The notes: generated by a model from the letters alone, not told the origin. A stretch of 64,000 bases of DNA from Camelus ferus (GCF_009834535.1 NC_045696.1:116252001-116316000); one strand, 5' to 3'. Positions 24,229 to 64,000 are shown, counted from the first letter of the stretch. Translations and numbers: made by a program.

Positions 24229-24779
24229 CCATTGACTGCCTTTACTTTTACTTTATAGATTTTCCTTTGTGACATTTTTGGATCTAGCTTTGATACTCAC
24301 TTTCCCTTCTGTCCAGAATCAATTACTTTTCTAAACTTGGTGGTTTTGTACTATTATAATTTTGTACTTTTAATATTTCATTGTTCTTGTAATATTTATC
24401 CATATACAGTTCATTGTTTTGCATTTTAACATTTTACATGAATATTATGTTGTACGTCTCTTTTTTGCAACTGACTTTTTAGGCTCAACATTGTTTTCTT
24501 AGGTTTATCCACGTTGGCAGATGTAGATTATTTTCATCCATGCTCAGTATTTTGTAAATAAACCAGACTTATTCTTTTGAGAAACAAACTTGCTTCCACT
24601 TTTTCATTGTTACATATTAGTGCTGCAGGTAATATTCTCCATTCCTTTATGCATGTGAATAAGTCTCCATGAAGTTACTACCTGGACGTAGGATTGCTCT
24701 GTAAGTGGTTGTTATCAATTCTGCTGATACAAGGAGTATATCATTTTCCTAACAGTTTTTAAAATTTAAATACATTATT

Positions 24780-27700
24780 TCTTAATTTTTATTGAAGTAT
24801 AGTTGATTTACAATGTTCTGTGGGTTCAGGTATGTACCAAAGTGATTCAGTTTTATATATATGTGTGTGTGTATATATATGTGTGTGTGTATATTCTTTT
24901 TCAGATTGTTTTCCATTGTAGGTTATTACAGGATGTGGATTATACTTCCCTGTGCTATGCGGTAGGTCCTTGTTGTTCATCTATTTTATATACAGTAATG
25001 TGTATATGTTAATCCCTAATTTATCCTTATTTATCCCTCCCCATCTCCTTTCTCCTTTGGTAACCCAATTTGTTTTCTATGACTACAAGTCTATTTTCGA
25101 TTTGTATATAAGTACATTTGTATCTTTTTTTTTTTGTTCCACATATAAATGATACATGATATTTGTCTTTCTCTTATTTAACTTAGTATGATCTCTAGGT
25201 ACATTTGTGTTGCTGCAAATGGCAGGGTATTCTGTTTTATGACTTAGTAATATTCCTCTGTGTATAATATAACACTTTTTTTTTAATTGACGCTTGGTCA
25301 GTTTACAATGTTGTGTCAATTCCTGGTGTACAGCGCAGTTCTTCAGTCATACATGAATATACATACATTCATTTTCATATTCTTTTTCACCATAAGCTAC
25401 TACAAGGTATTGAATATATTTCCCTGTGCTATACAGTATAAACTTGTTTATTTTATATATACCAGTCAGTATCTGCAGATCTCGAACTTCCAGTTTATCC
25501 CTTCCCACCCCCCTTTCCCCTGGCAACCACAAGTTTGTATTCTATGTCTATGAGTCAGTTTCTATTTTATATTTATGTTCATTTGCCCTATTTTTTAGAT
25601 TCCACATATAAGTGATATCATATGGTAGTTTCCTTCTCTGGCTTCACTTAGAATGACATTCTCTGGGGCCATCCATGTTGCTGAAAATAGCATTATTTTA
25701 TCATTTTTTATGGCCAAGTAGTATTCTGTTGTATAAATATACCAAAGCTTCTTCATCCAGTCATCTGTCAATGGACATTTAGGCTGTTTCCATGTCTTGG
25801 CTATTGTAAATAGTGCTGCTATGAACATTGGGGTGCACGTGTCTTTTTGAATTAGGGTTCCCGCTGGATATATGCCCAGGAGTGGGATTGCTGGGTCAAA
25901 AGGTAAGTCTGTTTTTAGTCTTTTGAGGAATCTCCATACTCTTTCCCACAAGGGCTGCACCAAACTGCATTCCCACAAGCAGTGAAGGAGGGTTCCCTTT
26001 TCTCCACAGCCTCTCCAGCATTTATCATTTGTGGGCTTTTGAATGATGGCCATTCTGACTGGTGTGAGGTGATACCTCATAGTTTTGATTTGCATTTCTC
26101 TGATAATTAGTGATACTGAGCATTTTTTCATAGGCCTTTTGGTCATTCGTATGTCTTCATCAGAGAATTGCTTGTTTAGGTCTTCTGTCCATTTTTGGAT
26201 TGGGTTATTCATTTTTTTTTTCTTATTAAATTGTATGAGCTGTGTATATATTCTGGAAATCAAGCCCTTGTCAGTTTCATCTTTTGCAAATATTTTCTCC
26301 CATTCCATAGGTTGTCATTTTGCTTATGGTTTCCTTTGCTGTGCAAAAGTTTGTAAGTTTAATTAGGTCCCATTTGTTAATTTTTGCTTTTGTTTCTATT
26401 GCCTGGGTAGACTGCCCTAGGAGAACATTGCTAAGATTTATGTCAGAGAATGTTTTGCCTACAGTTTCTTCTAGATTTATGGTGTCCAGTCTTACGTTTG
26501 AGTTTTTCAGCCATTTTGAGTTTATTTTTCTGTATGGTGTGGGTGTGTTCTACCATCACTGATTTACATGCAGCTGTCCAGCTTTCCCAACACCACTTGT
26601 CAAAGATATTTTCTTTCTCCATTGCATATTCTTGCCTCCTTTGTCAAAGATTAATTGACTGCAGGTGGGCCAGTTTATTTCTGGGCTCTATTCTGTCCCA
26701 TTGATCCACATGACTGTTTTTGTACCAGTTCCACACTGTTTTTTGATTACTATAGCTTTGTAGTATTGTCTGACATCTGGGACGGTTATGTCTCCAGTTT
26801 TGTTCTTCAGTATTGCTTTGGCAGTTCTGGGTCTTTTGTTATTCCATATAAATTTTAGGATTATTTGTTCTAATTCTGTGAAAAATGTCCTGGGTGTATT
26901 AATAGGGATTGCATTAAATCTGTAGATTGCTTTGGGTAGTATAGCCATTTTAACAATATTAATTTCTTCTAATCCAAAAGCATGGGTATCTTTCCATTTC
27001 TTATTTCCATTATCAGTGTTTTACAGCTCTCAGCATGTAAGTCTTTCACCTCCTTGGTCAGGTTTATTCATAATTTTTTTTTGATGTGATTTTAAAAGTG
27101 ATTGTTTAATTTCCTTTTCTGATATTTGTTAGTGTAAAGAAATTCAGTAGATTTCTGTATGTTAGTCTTGTATCAGCTCTAGTAGTTTTTGCATGGAATC
27201 TTAAGGGTTTTCTATATATAGAATAATGTTATCTGTATACAGTGATAATTCTACTTCTTCCTTTCTAATTTGGATCCCTTTTCTTTTTCTTGTCTGATTG
27301 CTATGGCTAGGACTGCTAACACTATGTTGAACAAATGGTGAGAGTTGGTGAGAATGGGCATCCTTGTCTTGTTCCAGATTTTAGGGGGAAGGCTTTACAC
27401 TTTTTACCATTAAGTATTTTGGCTGTGAGTTTGTCGTAATAGCTTTTATAATGTTGAGATATGTTCTCTGTACACCCATTTTGGTAATAGTTTATCATGA
27501 ATGGATTTGTCTGCATCTGTTGAGATAATCATGTGGCTTTTGTCCTTTTGTGGCTGTGGTGTATCACATTGATTGATTTGCCTATGTTGAACCATCCTTG
27601 TGTCCCTGGGATGAATCCAACTTGATCATAGTGTATGATCTTTTTTATGTGTTTTTTGATTTGATTTGCTCATGTTTTGTGGAGGTTTTTGTATCTGTAT

Positions 27701-29173
27701 TCATTAAAGATATTGGCCTGTACTTTTCTTTTTTGGTAGCATCATTATCTGGTTTTGATATCAGGGTGATGGTGTCTTCATGGAATGAGTTTAGGAGTGT
27801 TCCCTCCTTTTCAATCTTTTGGAAGAGTTTGAGAAGGATTGATTGGTATAAGTTCTTTTTATGTTTGGTAGAATGTCCCAATGAAGCCATCCCTGCCCTG
27901 GACTTTTGTTTGCAAGGAGTTTTTTTTTTTTTTAATTATAGATTCTGTTTCACTTCTAGTGATCAGTCTGTTCAAATTATCTATTTATTCTTGATTCAGC
28001 TTTGGTGGACCATATTTTATAGGCACTTGTCCATTTCTTCTAGGTTGTCCAATTTGTTGGCATATAATTGTTCATAGTGTTCTCTTATGGTGTTTTGTAT
28101 TTCTGTAGTGTTGGTTGCAATTCCTCCTCTTTCGTTTCGTATTTTATTTGGGTCCTCTCTCTTTTCTTGGTGAACCTGGCCAGAGGTTTGTCAATTTTGT
28201 TTACTCTTTCAAAAAAGCCCAGCTCTTGGTTTGATTGGCTTTTTCTTTTTTTTTTTTTAATCTGTCTTTTATTTCCTTTCTGATCTTTATTATTTCCTTC
28301 CTTCTGCTGGCTTTAGGTTTTGTTTGTTCTTCTTTTTCTAATTCTTTTAGATGGTAGGTTTGGTTGTTTAGTTGAGATTTTTCTTATTTTTTGAGGAAGC
28401 CCTGTATTTCTTTGAACCTCCCTCTTAGGACTACTTTTGCTACATCTCAGATTTTATGTTGGTTGTTTTTACTGTCATTTGTCCCAGGTGTTTTTAAATT
28501 TCCTTTTTGATTTCATCATTGACCCACTGGTATTTTAGTAGCATGTTGTTTAGTCTCCATGCAGTCATTTTGTAGTTGTTATTGTTTTTCTTGTTTCTCT
28601 TTCCGTGGTTGATTTCTAGTTTCATGCCATTGAAGTCAGAAATGATGCTTGAAATAATTTCTATCCTCGTAAATTTGTTGAGGCTTGTTTTATGTCCAAG
28701 TATGTGGTCTATCCTAGAGAATGTTCCACGGGCACTTGAATGTATATTCTGGGTTTTTTGGATGTAACGTTCTGAAGGCTCACGTTTTGGGATGGGGACT
28801 GCATGGATCCTCTGCGCAGTTTCTCTCCTTTCTGCCCATGCAAAGCGGCTGCTACACTCTCCTCTGAGCCTCTGAAGCTCCCTTTCTGTCCCAGCTGGGC
28901 TCCCTGCAGGTGAAGGGGCTTCCCAGGGTCAGGGAACTTTTCCTGTTTCTCTGCTCCTCCCCTGAGGTGCAGGTCTCGTCCTGATATTTTTCCCCTCGCT
29001 TTTGGTCCTACTTGGCCACCTGGAGAGTCATCTTGTAGCTTTGCTTGTGTTAGATATTCTGCCAGAGTTCAGCAGGTGTTCTTTGAGAACTGTTCCTTAG
29101 GCAGATGTGTTTTTGATGTATTTGTGGGAGGAGAAGCACTCCTTGCCCTTGTATTCTGCCATCTTGAACCCCT
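24780..29173 (-). mobile_element. LINE-1 composite: 5' UTR, degenerate ORF2 (EN tail, RT, C-terminus), two tandem 3' ends; no ORF1
   Basis: ORF2 peptides MEWEKIFAK...[11 protein letters not shown]...[54 protein letters not shown]1-type 5' terminus ggggttcaagatggc near 29172. Confidence 0.92.
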
Positions 29174-31359
29174 TCCAACAAGTACCTTTTTAATTTAACT
29201 TGTATGTGGAATGAAGCCACCCTTTGTGCCACCTCTGCAAGCTCCACGTCCCACTGTAGCTCCCTTGACACTTGTAATTGCTTATCGAATGTCTGACCGG
29301 CTCAGGAATATGTCATCACAACGTTGTTCATTTTGTACCTGCACACCCCCTAGGTTTCAGCGGCTCTCCTGGGCCTACTATTAAAGCACAGCCTCCTTAG
29401 CAAGGTGTCTGCTGACCCATCCAACCTGCAAGGTGTGACCCTCCCCACAGCACATCAGCAGCCATCACCCCAACTTCACGTTAATGTCACCTCTGAATTC
29501 ACAGACATTACCTCGTCACCTGGTTTCCATTCCATCTCCAGTAATTGACTTTAGTCTTCAGTGCTGGCAACTCACCTTTGTAGCCTTATCATTTTATACA
29601 TGAGAGACGCTCAAGAAATGTGGAGTGAAATAAGAATTCATAGTGTAAAAGGAATTGGAACTACAGTTAATATCTGGATACTTTATGCAACGCACTAGGA
29701 CAGTTACTGTAGCTGTAGATGTGCTTGGTGTCGCACAGAGTTTAAGAACGCTGACTCATAATCAAGAATCCTGGCATGTGACTTCTTAGGAAAACTGCCT
29801 CTCTGTACCACAGTGTTTTCATTAAATTGTTGCCAGGATTTAATGACAATATACTTAAGTAAAATGCTTAGAGAAGAGTGACTGACACCTAGTCAGTGCT
29901 TGATAAGTGGTAGATTCTTGAGCAAGGACATTGCTTGATTATATGAATCCAAGTAGCAGCCACAGATTGACTTATCCGCACGGAACTCTGCTAGTTCAAA
30001 CCTGCTTAGTACCTGTGCAGAATTTTTAAATTTCACATTCTATTAAAAATACTTAAAAACTGTTTTAGGTAAAAGGCCTTTCTAATTCATAAATGTGTAG
30101 TAGTAAATATTCTATAATGTTTCACACAGATTTTGAAACATCTGCATAAATATTATTTAAACATTCTCACTACAGCTTTGAGCCAAAATGTGTGTGTCTG
30201 ACAAGGGAATAGACACAGTGAGGTGAACTGGCTTCCCAAGGAGTGTACACTGTCCTTCATCCAGAAAGGGTGCTAAGAAGGAGCATTTGTGCAAGAAGGT
30301 ATGTGTAATAAAAAAGAGTGAAAAGACATGACGTGAAAACCACAAAGTTGTCTTTTCACTCTTCTAGTGAAAACAACCAGTGCTGAGCCATCAAAAGCTA
30401 CTATTTTTATAAAGATTTCTGACTGAGGATAGAAATGGGGTGGGGTGGGAGGGAGACGTGGCCTCCACCCCCACTGAAAGACACCCACCAGCCGCTGCCT
30501 GCTGCCTGCTGCCTGCTCCCGTGGGAGGGACTCACCTCACTGATGAGTTAGGTAAGGAGCTGGCCTACATGTTCTGCTCCTTCTCCTGTGCCTCTTTGGG
30601 GTGGGCCTGCCTCCCGAGAGCTCCGCTGCCCTCGGCCGTGCGCTAGGCTTCGTGGCAAAGGCTCTGCCTTTGGAGGGGGGACCCAGGGGTGCAGAGCTGC
30701 TGGCAGCTGGCAAGTCAAGTCAGTCGCATCCTGGGGTTCAGCGTTAGGAAGCCCACTTTCCAGATCCGTCAGTCACATTCTCCAATACCCGTTCTATTGC
30801 TAATAAGGGTATTTTGTCCATCGTGTGCCTTCCTCTTTTGACTTCTTAGCTGGCTCAGAATTGAGAAAGGAAGAGGGATGCTCCTGAGTGGGTACACACC
30901 CACCTAACAGGACAGAATCCTTTCCTACACTCAGCACTGTGAGTAACACCGGGAGCTCACACGGGAGATGTCTGAACATCAGCTGTATGTTCAGGTCTCC
31001 CCTCCTCCCTCTGTTTCAGACGCACAGTATCTGAGGTGGGGGTGGGGGTAGGAAGCTCAGTTTCTAAAACCCGTTTAAGACTTCTTTAGCTGAATTTTTT
31101 TTCTTTGTTTAGTGAGTGACAACTGGCAAGACGCAGTGGACCACCCAGGAGAAACAGTAAGTCTCCTCTCTCCTCTTGAAAATCTCTCACTGACGGGCTG
31201 GGAGTTGTTATGAAACTTCCCGCAAATGCAGCAATTCTAAACATCCTCCTCAAAATGCTTAAGGCCTAAGATTTAAGGAAGGAGTTATTGGTCATCAACC
31301 AGATGGTACATCTGCCCTGTTAATCTGCTAGGCGAAGAAAACACACCACCAGATTGAGA

Positions 31360-33239
31360 GCTTTTTAAAATATAATTTAAAACTATTTTGTACCAGTACA
31401 ATATATTAATTTTACAAATGTAAAATTTTATCTGCTGTTAAAGCATTTGCAAAAACCACACAGCCTACTTCAGCTTTATTGCACAATATCTATAAGAAAA
31501 TATTAATTTTTAAATTAGAAAACATAAAAATGCTTTCAATATAGAAGAGACAATCTGATTTTAAAGACAATACTCTATAAGAATGTCTACCCAGAAAATA
31601 ACAAACTTTCACAGGATTACCAAGCTGGACAGATGCTTCGGGAGACCCAGTACAAAGCACTGTTTAAACCCAGTCCAAGATACTTAATCCAAACTGTATC
31701 ACCATTCTTCATTAGAAATCTAGATGCCACTCAAGGTGGTTTCTTATACTTAAAAAAGTTGAGGCATTTCTCATTGTGAGCATTCTGAATATCCCCTACG
31801 TACGAGAAACAATACTTCCAGCTTCAGCCATCTGCCATCTGCAGGGTTTTTTCTTTTTTCCTTCAAGCAGATTATCTCTGGCAACTGTGTTTAATGACTA
31901 TTAAATGATCATTTTAAGTCGTTTATGGTGATAGAAAACATCAAGTTAAATACACTTTTAAAACCTAGTCCTTTACAAAAATCAGTTTATAAATTTGTAT
32001 CATAAAAATTAGTGTCGAGACCATCAAGATGGCCTTCGTTTGTTTTATACGAGTTGGTTCTCTCCCAGAGCTGGGATGACAGACGTCCCACTTTTCAATG
32101 TAGTGTTAATCAGGAAATAAATCCAAGCATTAAGCTGGAACCCCAAGTCAGGTTAATAAGGCTGTATGATGGATTTTTGTGGGATATCACCCTGGGTCTA
32201 GATACCAATGGAGGTGTTAAAATACTGACAGCAAATATGGGTGGTAATCTGATCGACCTCAGACAATGAACGTAATCTGGAGGTGCAGAAGGAAAAAGGT
32301 TCATAAATACGTTATCAGTGGGGTTGTGTAGCACAGAAAAGGGAAAATCCTTATTAGAACAAGGATTCACTAAATTTGATACATATATATAGATAATACA
32401 TTTTTTCCTATTAAAGCATGTTGATTCAATCTCAAGTGTTTTCAAATGTATGCTTTTGTGGCCCGGGAAATTGCCTTTGGGAACTTATGGCCTGCATAAG
32501 CAAAGTCAAATATAATATTACACATTTGTGTAGAGGAAATAATTATTAAAATAGTGGTTATGCACTCACAAGTTTGTTGCAGGTAGATAGAATTATCAAA
32601 AACCCAGATGCTTATAAAAAAGTTTGCATTATTTAGAATTTTTTCCTTAGGAATCAAAGCAGTTGCTTTTCTGGAACTGTATTTTTCAGAACTGCTCAAA
32701 GCACCTCATCTAGATGAGTGTTTAAAAATATATATAAAAAGTCTACCAGGAGACTTCGAACGTCACATATTTCACTTTCTGCGGGCTTTTTATCATGTAT
32801 CCCTTCCTTAAAGTCCTTCAGAATAAAATAAAAATAAACTCTCACATTTTGTTAGAAAAAAATGGAAACATTCACGGTCTGAAAATTTTCTGCATTCCCC
32901 CAAATCTCGGTACTATGTGCAATTTCCTCATATACAAGTTTTGAGGAAACCCCTGATCATCTATGATGGAATATTCAGCTAATGGACATGCCATAGACAA
33001 TTTACATTAATAGTAGTAAATAGATTAAAATCTATTCCATAAAATAAAAATGTTCTATGACTCCAATTTAAATACATATCTGAAAGGCTAAGAGGAGGCT
33101 TTTTTGTTTGTAGTTTGAAAAGTGCTAATTATTACATTTACAGGTATCTTCAACACATTACGTCCAATTCTTTGTAAAACTAAACCATGCTTTAGGCACA
33201 CTGCTTGATGAGTTTCTAAGAAGCAGAGGGGGGAAAATA
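31360..33239 (-). other. KAT2B: KAT2B 3' UTR (about 1.8 kb); AATAAA on the minus strand at 31475-31480
   Basis: AT-rich, repeat-free sequence after the stop; exact cleavage site uncertain (about 31360-31455). Confidence 0.75.
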
Positions 33240-59387
<26,148 letters not shown>

Positions 59388-59829
59388 CTAGACACAAGAG
59401 TGAAAGCAACAGTGAGATCAAAACTACTGTCCTACCAAAGGGACAAAGCACCCACCATCCACGGCAGTCACCACCACATCCGTATCTCCTCTTCGATTCA
59501 GAAACACGCTAGGGAATGACGACTCAAAGGATGATTTAGTTGGACAGCCCTGGGATATTCAAATATAGAAATGCATCTCTGCAAAGGTACTCTCTTCTGG
59601 CTCTGCAAAGACAGACACAACACAGACTACACAGAGCATCAGAGCGGTGGAAATGCATTTCCCTGGCTCCCCCTCATCGAGTCTCCAAACAAGATTTCAG
59701 CCCTCTGCGGAGTTGTCCTTGTCACCGTCATTACCATCACAAAGGTGCTAATATTTATTGAGTGCTGGCCCTGTGCCCGCACTGTTCTAAGAACATTTAT
59801 TGAATTCTCCATCAAGCCAGCGAGTTATC

Positions 59830-59892
59830 TTTTTTTTCTTTTTTTTTGTTCCCAGTACTTTTTCTTTTGCTCCTACATTTTTTTCTTTTTTA

Positions 59893-59925
<33 letters not shown>

Positions 59926-60046
59926 TTTTTTTTGGTGGGGGGAGGTAATTAGGTTTTCTTATTTTTATGGAGGAGGTACTGAGGATTGAACCCAGGACCT
60001 CGTGCATGCTAAGCATGCGCTCTACCACTTAAGTTATACCCTCCCC
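59830..60046 (-). mobile_element. tRNA-derived SINE with a long tail, inserted in MIR sequence
   Basis: gattgaacccaggacctcgtgcatgctaagcatgcgctctaccac. Confidence 0.9.
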
Positions 60047-61791
60047 TCGTACCTTTCTTATTTTTATTTATCACACACACAAACACACACACACAGCTCC
60101 TACTATGTGACAGACACCGGTCTAAGTAGTTGAAGTCTATTAACTCACTTGATCTTCATAACAACCCCAGGAGACAGAATGTAGTATTGTACCCATTTTA
60201 CAGATGGAAAAACTCAGGGCACTGAGAGGCTCAAGAACTGGTACGAAGTCCTACAACCAGTAAATTGAGGGGCCAAGATTAGAATATGTGATTAATTACT
60301 ATATTATATTTCCTGTCATGTTTTAAACCAAAGGGACCTCAAGTTTTGGGGACCCACAGAAATCACCTGAGTACCTTGTTAGGAATACAGATACCCATGC
60401 GCCACCAAGGTTTACTGAAACAGAGGCTGTGAGCATGGCCAGGGCAACAGACTTTTGATAAATACCGAAGACAATTCGTATAGACTCTCAAATGGAAGAA
60501 CCACGATGAAAGTAAAAGCACAGGTCTGCGCTTCCAGCACTGGAGGACCTTCCTGCGAGCCTCTTTGTAAGGTGCATGACTTCTCATGGAGGAGAGCAGC
60601 GTAATGAGAACCGCCAAGAGCCTGGGTTCTAAATCCAGGTGCTAAGCTCCTTGTTATTTGTGTGACCTTGGAACAAATTCTTAACTTTCTGCTTCTTCAG
60701 TTCTCCTTTCATAACAGGACTATCGACAGTAACTCCTGCACAAGGAAGCAGTAAGGAAGACACTACCGTCAGGCTTCAAGGGGTGCCGACCCCAGGTAGG
60801 TGCTCATTCCTTCACTCAACAAACACTGCCTGACCGCCTCCCCACGTGCCAGGCGCTGCGGGAGGCGCTGGAGGACAGAGTGAAGACAGCCGGGCCCGGC
60901 CTCGCGAAGCGGACGTTGCAATGACATAATAAAGGTCCGCTCTTCTAAGTCCACTATCCCTTCTCCGAAATTCTGAAATTCAAAAGCCATTAAAAATATT
61001 TTTTCCCTAACCCATTTGGGCAACAAACTCTCACCCGAACGCACATAAGAGCACAGTCTTTATAATTACAGATGGATTTGCTTTGGGGAAACTGCCCCAC
61101 CCCTAAAGCTATGATATATATAGAACATGTGTTACCTTCATAAAGGTGTCAAGTCACCTTCAAACTTGAATTGTGAGGTTTGGATAACTGATCAAGGACC
61201 TACAACATCACCACCACCGTGACTATTACTGAGAGAGTACCACTGCTCTGCTCATTAGTCAAATCCACAAGACTTTAGGTCTCAGAGAGGGGAGGAGTTG
61301 GGGTTTGGGAAGTGAGAACCGGTTGGGAAAGGTCACGAGGGTCTTCCAACTTGCCGCTCATGCTCAGAGGATTTAAGAACAAGGGACCATGGGAATGAAC
61401 ACCTATCTACCTGTACTCCACGGTTCAGAGACAGCATAGCATGTGTCACTTCTTGCTAAGCAAGCCACAGTCAGCTTACGCCTTAAAACACTTAGTATGT
61501 GTCTTAGCAGACACAGCAAGGCTAGCAGCAACAGGAGGGAAAGTCCTTCCTAAGATCTCGCTCTGATCTTGCAGGTGAGAGGGAAGACCTCCGCCTTTGC
61601 CTAAGCAGACCCTGCCTGTACCCGCCACAGCCCTCAGCACTTCCCCGCCTGCCCTTCATCGCGGAAGTCCACTTTCTTTCCTTCCCCAGGCTCCTCCTTT
61701 ATCAGTAATTATACAGTCAGAACACTTCACAAAGCCCTACAGAGACTCACCAAAGAAGAATGCCATTAATAACTTAGGAATATGGAGGCAG

Positions 61792-61880
61792 TGGGGGGCG
61801 AGAATAGCTCAGTGGTAGAGTGTGTGCTTAGCATGCATGAGGCCCTGGGTTCAATCCCCAGTACCTCCATTTAAAAAAAA
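61792..61880 (+). mobile_element. tRNA-derived SINE (short form)
   Basis: atagctcagtggtagagtgtgtgcttagc...gggttcaatcccc. Confidence 0.88.
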
Positions 61881-62898
61881 TTAGGAAAATAATCATGTGT
61901 GTATTACATACGTATACGCATCTATATATATATAGTTATATATAGTTATTTCAATAGAATAAAGAACAATCTCATGTAATGCCATAGGAAGTGCTTGTAT
62001 ACACACAGCATACAAAACTGTATGTAGAATAAAAGAATGCAACACATGGAGAAAAAACAGATCTAAAGGCACTGACAGTCTCTCATGGTGGCAGGGCTAT
62101 TGTGGCTCTTGCATGTTGGTTCCAAATTTTCATCAACATGTCTGTTTATCACTTTGAGAATCAAATACTGAAGTTGTTTCTTTTTTAACAACAACTGTGT
62201 CAGCAGGTGGATGGGGGGAAAGCCAAGCGGAAGCCAAGGCGCCACGTGAGGAGCACGATCGTAAGGATGCAGCCCTGAAGGTGCAGCTGGGACTCCCGGC
62301 GACCTCCCCGGGTGCCGCGAGGGGCCGGAGCTGTCACTGAGAGTCAGGGTCCAAGACCCAGGTGGCAGCTCCGGCTTCAATAGATGTGATTCTGCTGCCA
62401 AACCTGCAGGTATCAGCCCCTAGGAGCCTCATATGTTGTCATATTCAATGAAAAGAGATTTTAACGGAGGAGTGGGTGGTAGCTGTACCCTACCATTAGT
62501 AACAGAGAAGGGACGAAAGCGATACTGATTTTTTGGCTGAGCAGCCAAAGCATGCCAGACCCTGGGCTGAAGGAACAACGCACTGTAATTAGAAAAATGA
62601 ATTTGCTACGGGAAAAAAAATTGTTACCGTGCAAGATAATTAAAATTTCTTTTGAAGCACCATAAAAAAAGGTGTGAGGGAAGGCGGGTCCTCTATGTCC
62701 CTTGGCTTAGAGACCAAATGACAACAATAATCCAAACACAAAATGCTGCTTATGTGGCAAATGTAAGAGAGAAATAAGAAAACTGCTTTCATCTCTAAGG
62801 GAAGTTGCTGAGACCAGTTACAAGGCAGCCACTGAAACACATGAGCACACCCAGGGCTCACAACCCGTTTAGGGCAGCATCCCAGCTGCAGCTTAGCA

Positions 62899-62996
62899 GG
62901 GGAGGGCAGAGCTCACTGGCAGAGCGCATGCTCAGCACGCCCGAGGTCCTGGGCTTCATCCCCTGTATCTCCCTCTATCAACAGAAGGAAAAAAAA
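62899..62996 (+). mobile_element. Diverged tRNA-derived SINE
   Basis: ggggagggcagagctcactggcagagcgcatgctcagc; flanks ctgcagctta / ctgcagttta. Confidence 0.8.
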
Positions 62997-64000
62997 TGCA
63001 AACTGCAGTTTAAGTGCTTCTGAACCTTCCTCCCTGGAGGATATCAAAGTGTTCCTGTCAGGCCTCAATCCTGTGTGCTGGTGGCCTTAAGGAAATACCA
63101 CAAATCAGAGGCTGGGATTTATGTGCAAATACTGGACGTTTAGCTAAAGCTCGTTAGACACATTCTGTAACTAAGATTGAGGGTTCGTGTTAAACTGCAA
63201 AAACAAAAGAAAAAAAAACTGCGGTTAACCTCTATCGCAAAACCACTTTTGTTGTTGTTTTGGTCCTCACTTATTTTTACAAATTAAAACCATCACCTTT
63301 CCTGAGACACACACTGGGTAATCCAGTAATACTTACAGTAATAAAAAAATCTAGTTTCTCAAATAAAACAGAATTTCCTCAATCTTTTGCTCAAAGACTC
63401 TAACAGCTCCTCTCTTCCGCTCTATCCTCTGGTCTCCAAGCCCTCACTCGATTCTCTGTCAGACCCAGGAAGCCTTTTCAAATGACGGTTTCCGCCTCCT
63501 CCATCCAGTGCTACTCCAGGCAGAATGGACTGTCTCCTTCGTGTCTTGTCATCACTGCTCCATGACACGTTGTCATCTGCACCCTCAGCCTCTTACCAGC
63601 AGCCAGACTCTGAGCTTAAATTTGGGGTTCTTTGCAGTGAAAATGCACTTCTAAGGCCAATGGCACAGCCCTGTGACTTCCTACGCCTGTGACACATTTC
63701 CCACATTGGAAAAATATTTAAATGATTACTCGTATGTTGGGGTTCCGGCACGCAAGAGCATGCATGGTCTACAAGAATCTGGGTGCGGAGGTGCAGAGAT
63801 CATTCTGAAGGAGGCTCCCCTTCCTGGGACCTAGTTCACTTGGGCTGAGACAGGAGAGATCAGCCCGGCTTAGGACAGGCTGGAGACCCGGGATGGGAGG
63901 ACCAGACCCCGAGTTGCCCTGCACCGCTTCTGATGAGATGGAAACTGCTTCTGTGCAGTCTCCCTGTGCCCCCTCGCATCCTGGCAGCTGAATGCACACA

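Noticed and set aside
25595..26308. 237-aa ORF
   Set aside because: C-terminus of L1 ORF2 in a defective element, not a host gene
30340..30440. Acceptor-like ttttcactcttctag as a possible distal SGO1 last exon
   Set aside because: Similarity to the recalled human exon is too weak to support
59400..64000. Search for KAT2B exon 6 (WLCYCNVPQFCDSLPRYE...)
   Set aside because: No matching sequence found; it presumably lies beyond the window

Overview
Mammalian genomic DNA, most likely a camelid: it carries about 17 copies of a tRNA-derived SINE that resembles Vic-1, plus cetartiodactyl-type L1 ends. The window holds the convergent SGO1/KAT2B locus. SGO1 (shugoshin 1, + strand) is complete: CpG-island promoter near 9.8-10.7 kb, a non-coding exon 1, and seven coding exons joining to 1599 nt (532 aa). 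KAT2B/PCAF (- strand) is present from exon 7 to exon 18 (GNAT HAT domain, bromodomain, 3' UTR); its 5' part lies beyond the window. Upstream of SGO1 is a decayed processed pseudogene of NR2C2/TR4 that keeps its 5' end but lacks its 3' end. Between the two genes is an L1 that lacks ORF1 and has two tandem 3' ends. The rest is L1, L2, MIR, MER and MLT debris and microsatellites. I see no credible wholly new biological system. The best leads are the odd NR2C2 retrocopy, the possibly spliced or chimeric L1, apparent changes in the SGO1 KEN box and HP1 motif, inverted SINE pairs bracketing single exons, and a possible divergent antisense transcript. Repeat family names, exon numbers and human comparisons come from recall, not database searches.
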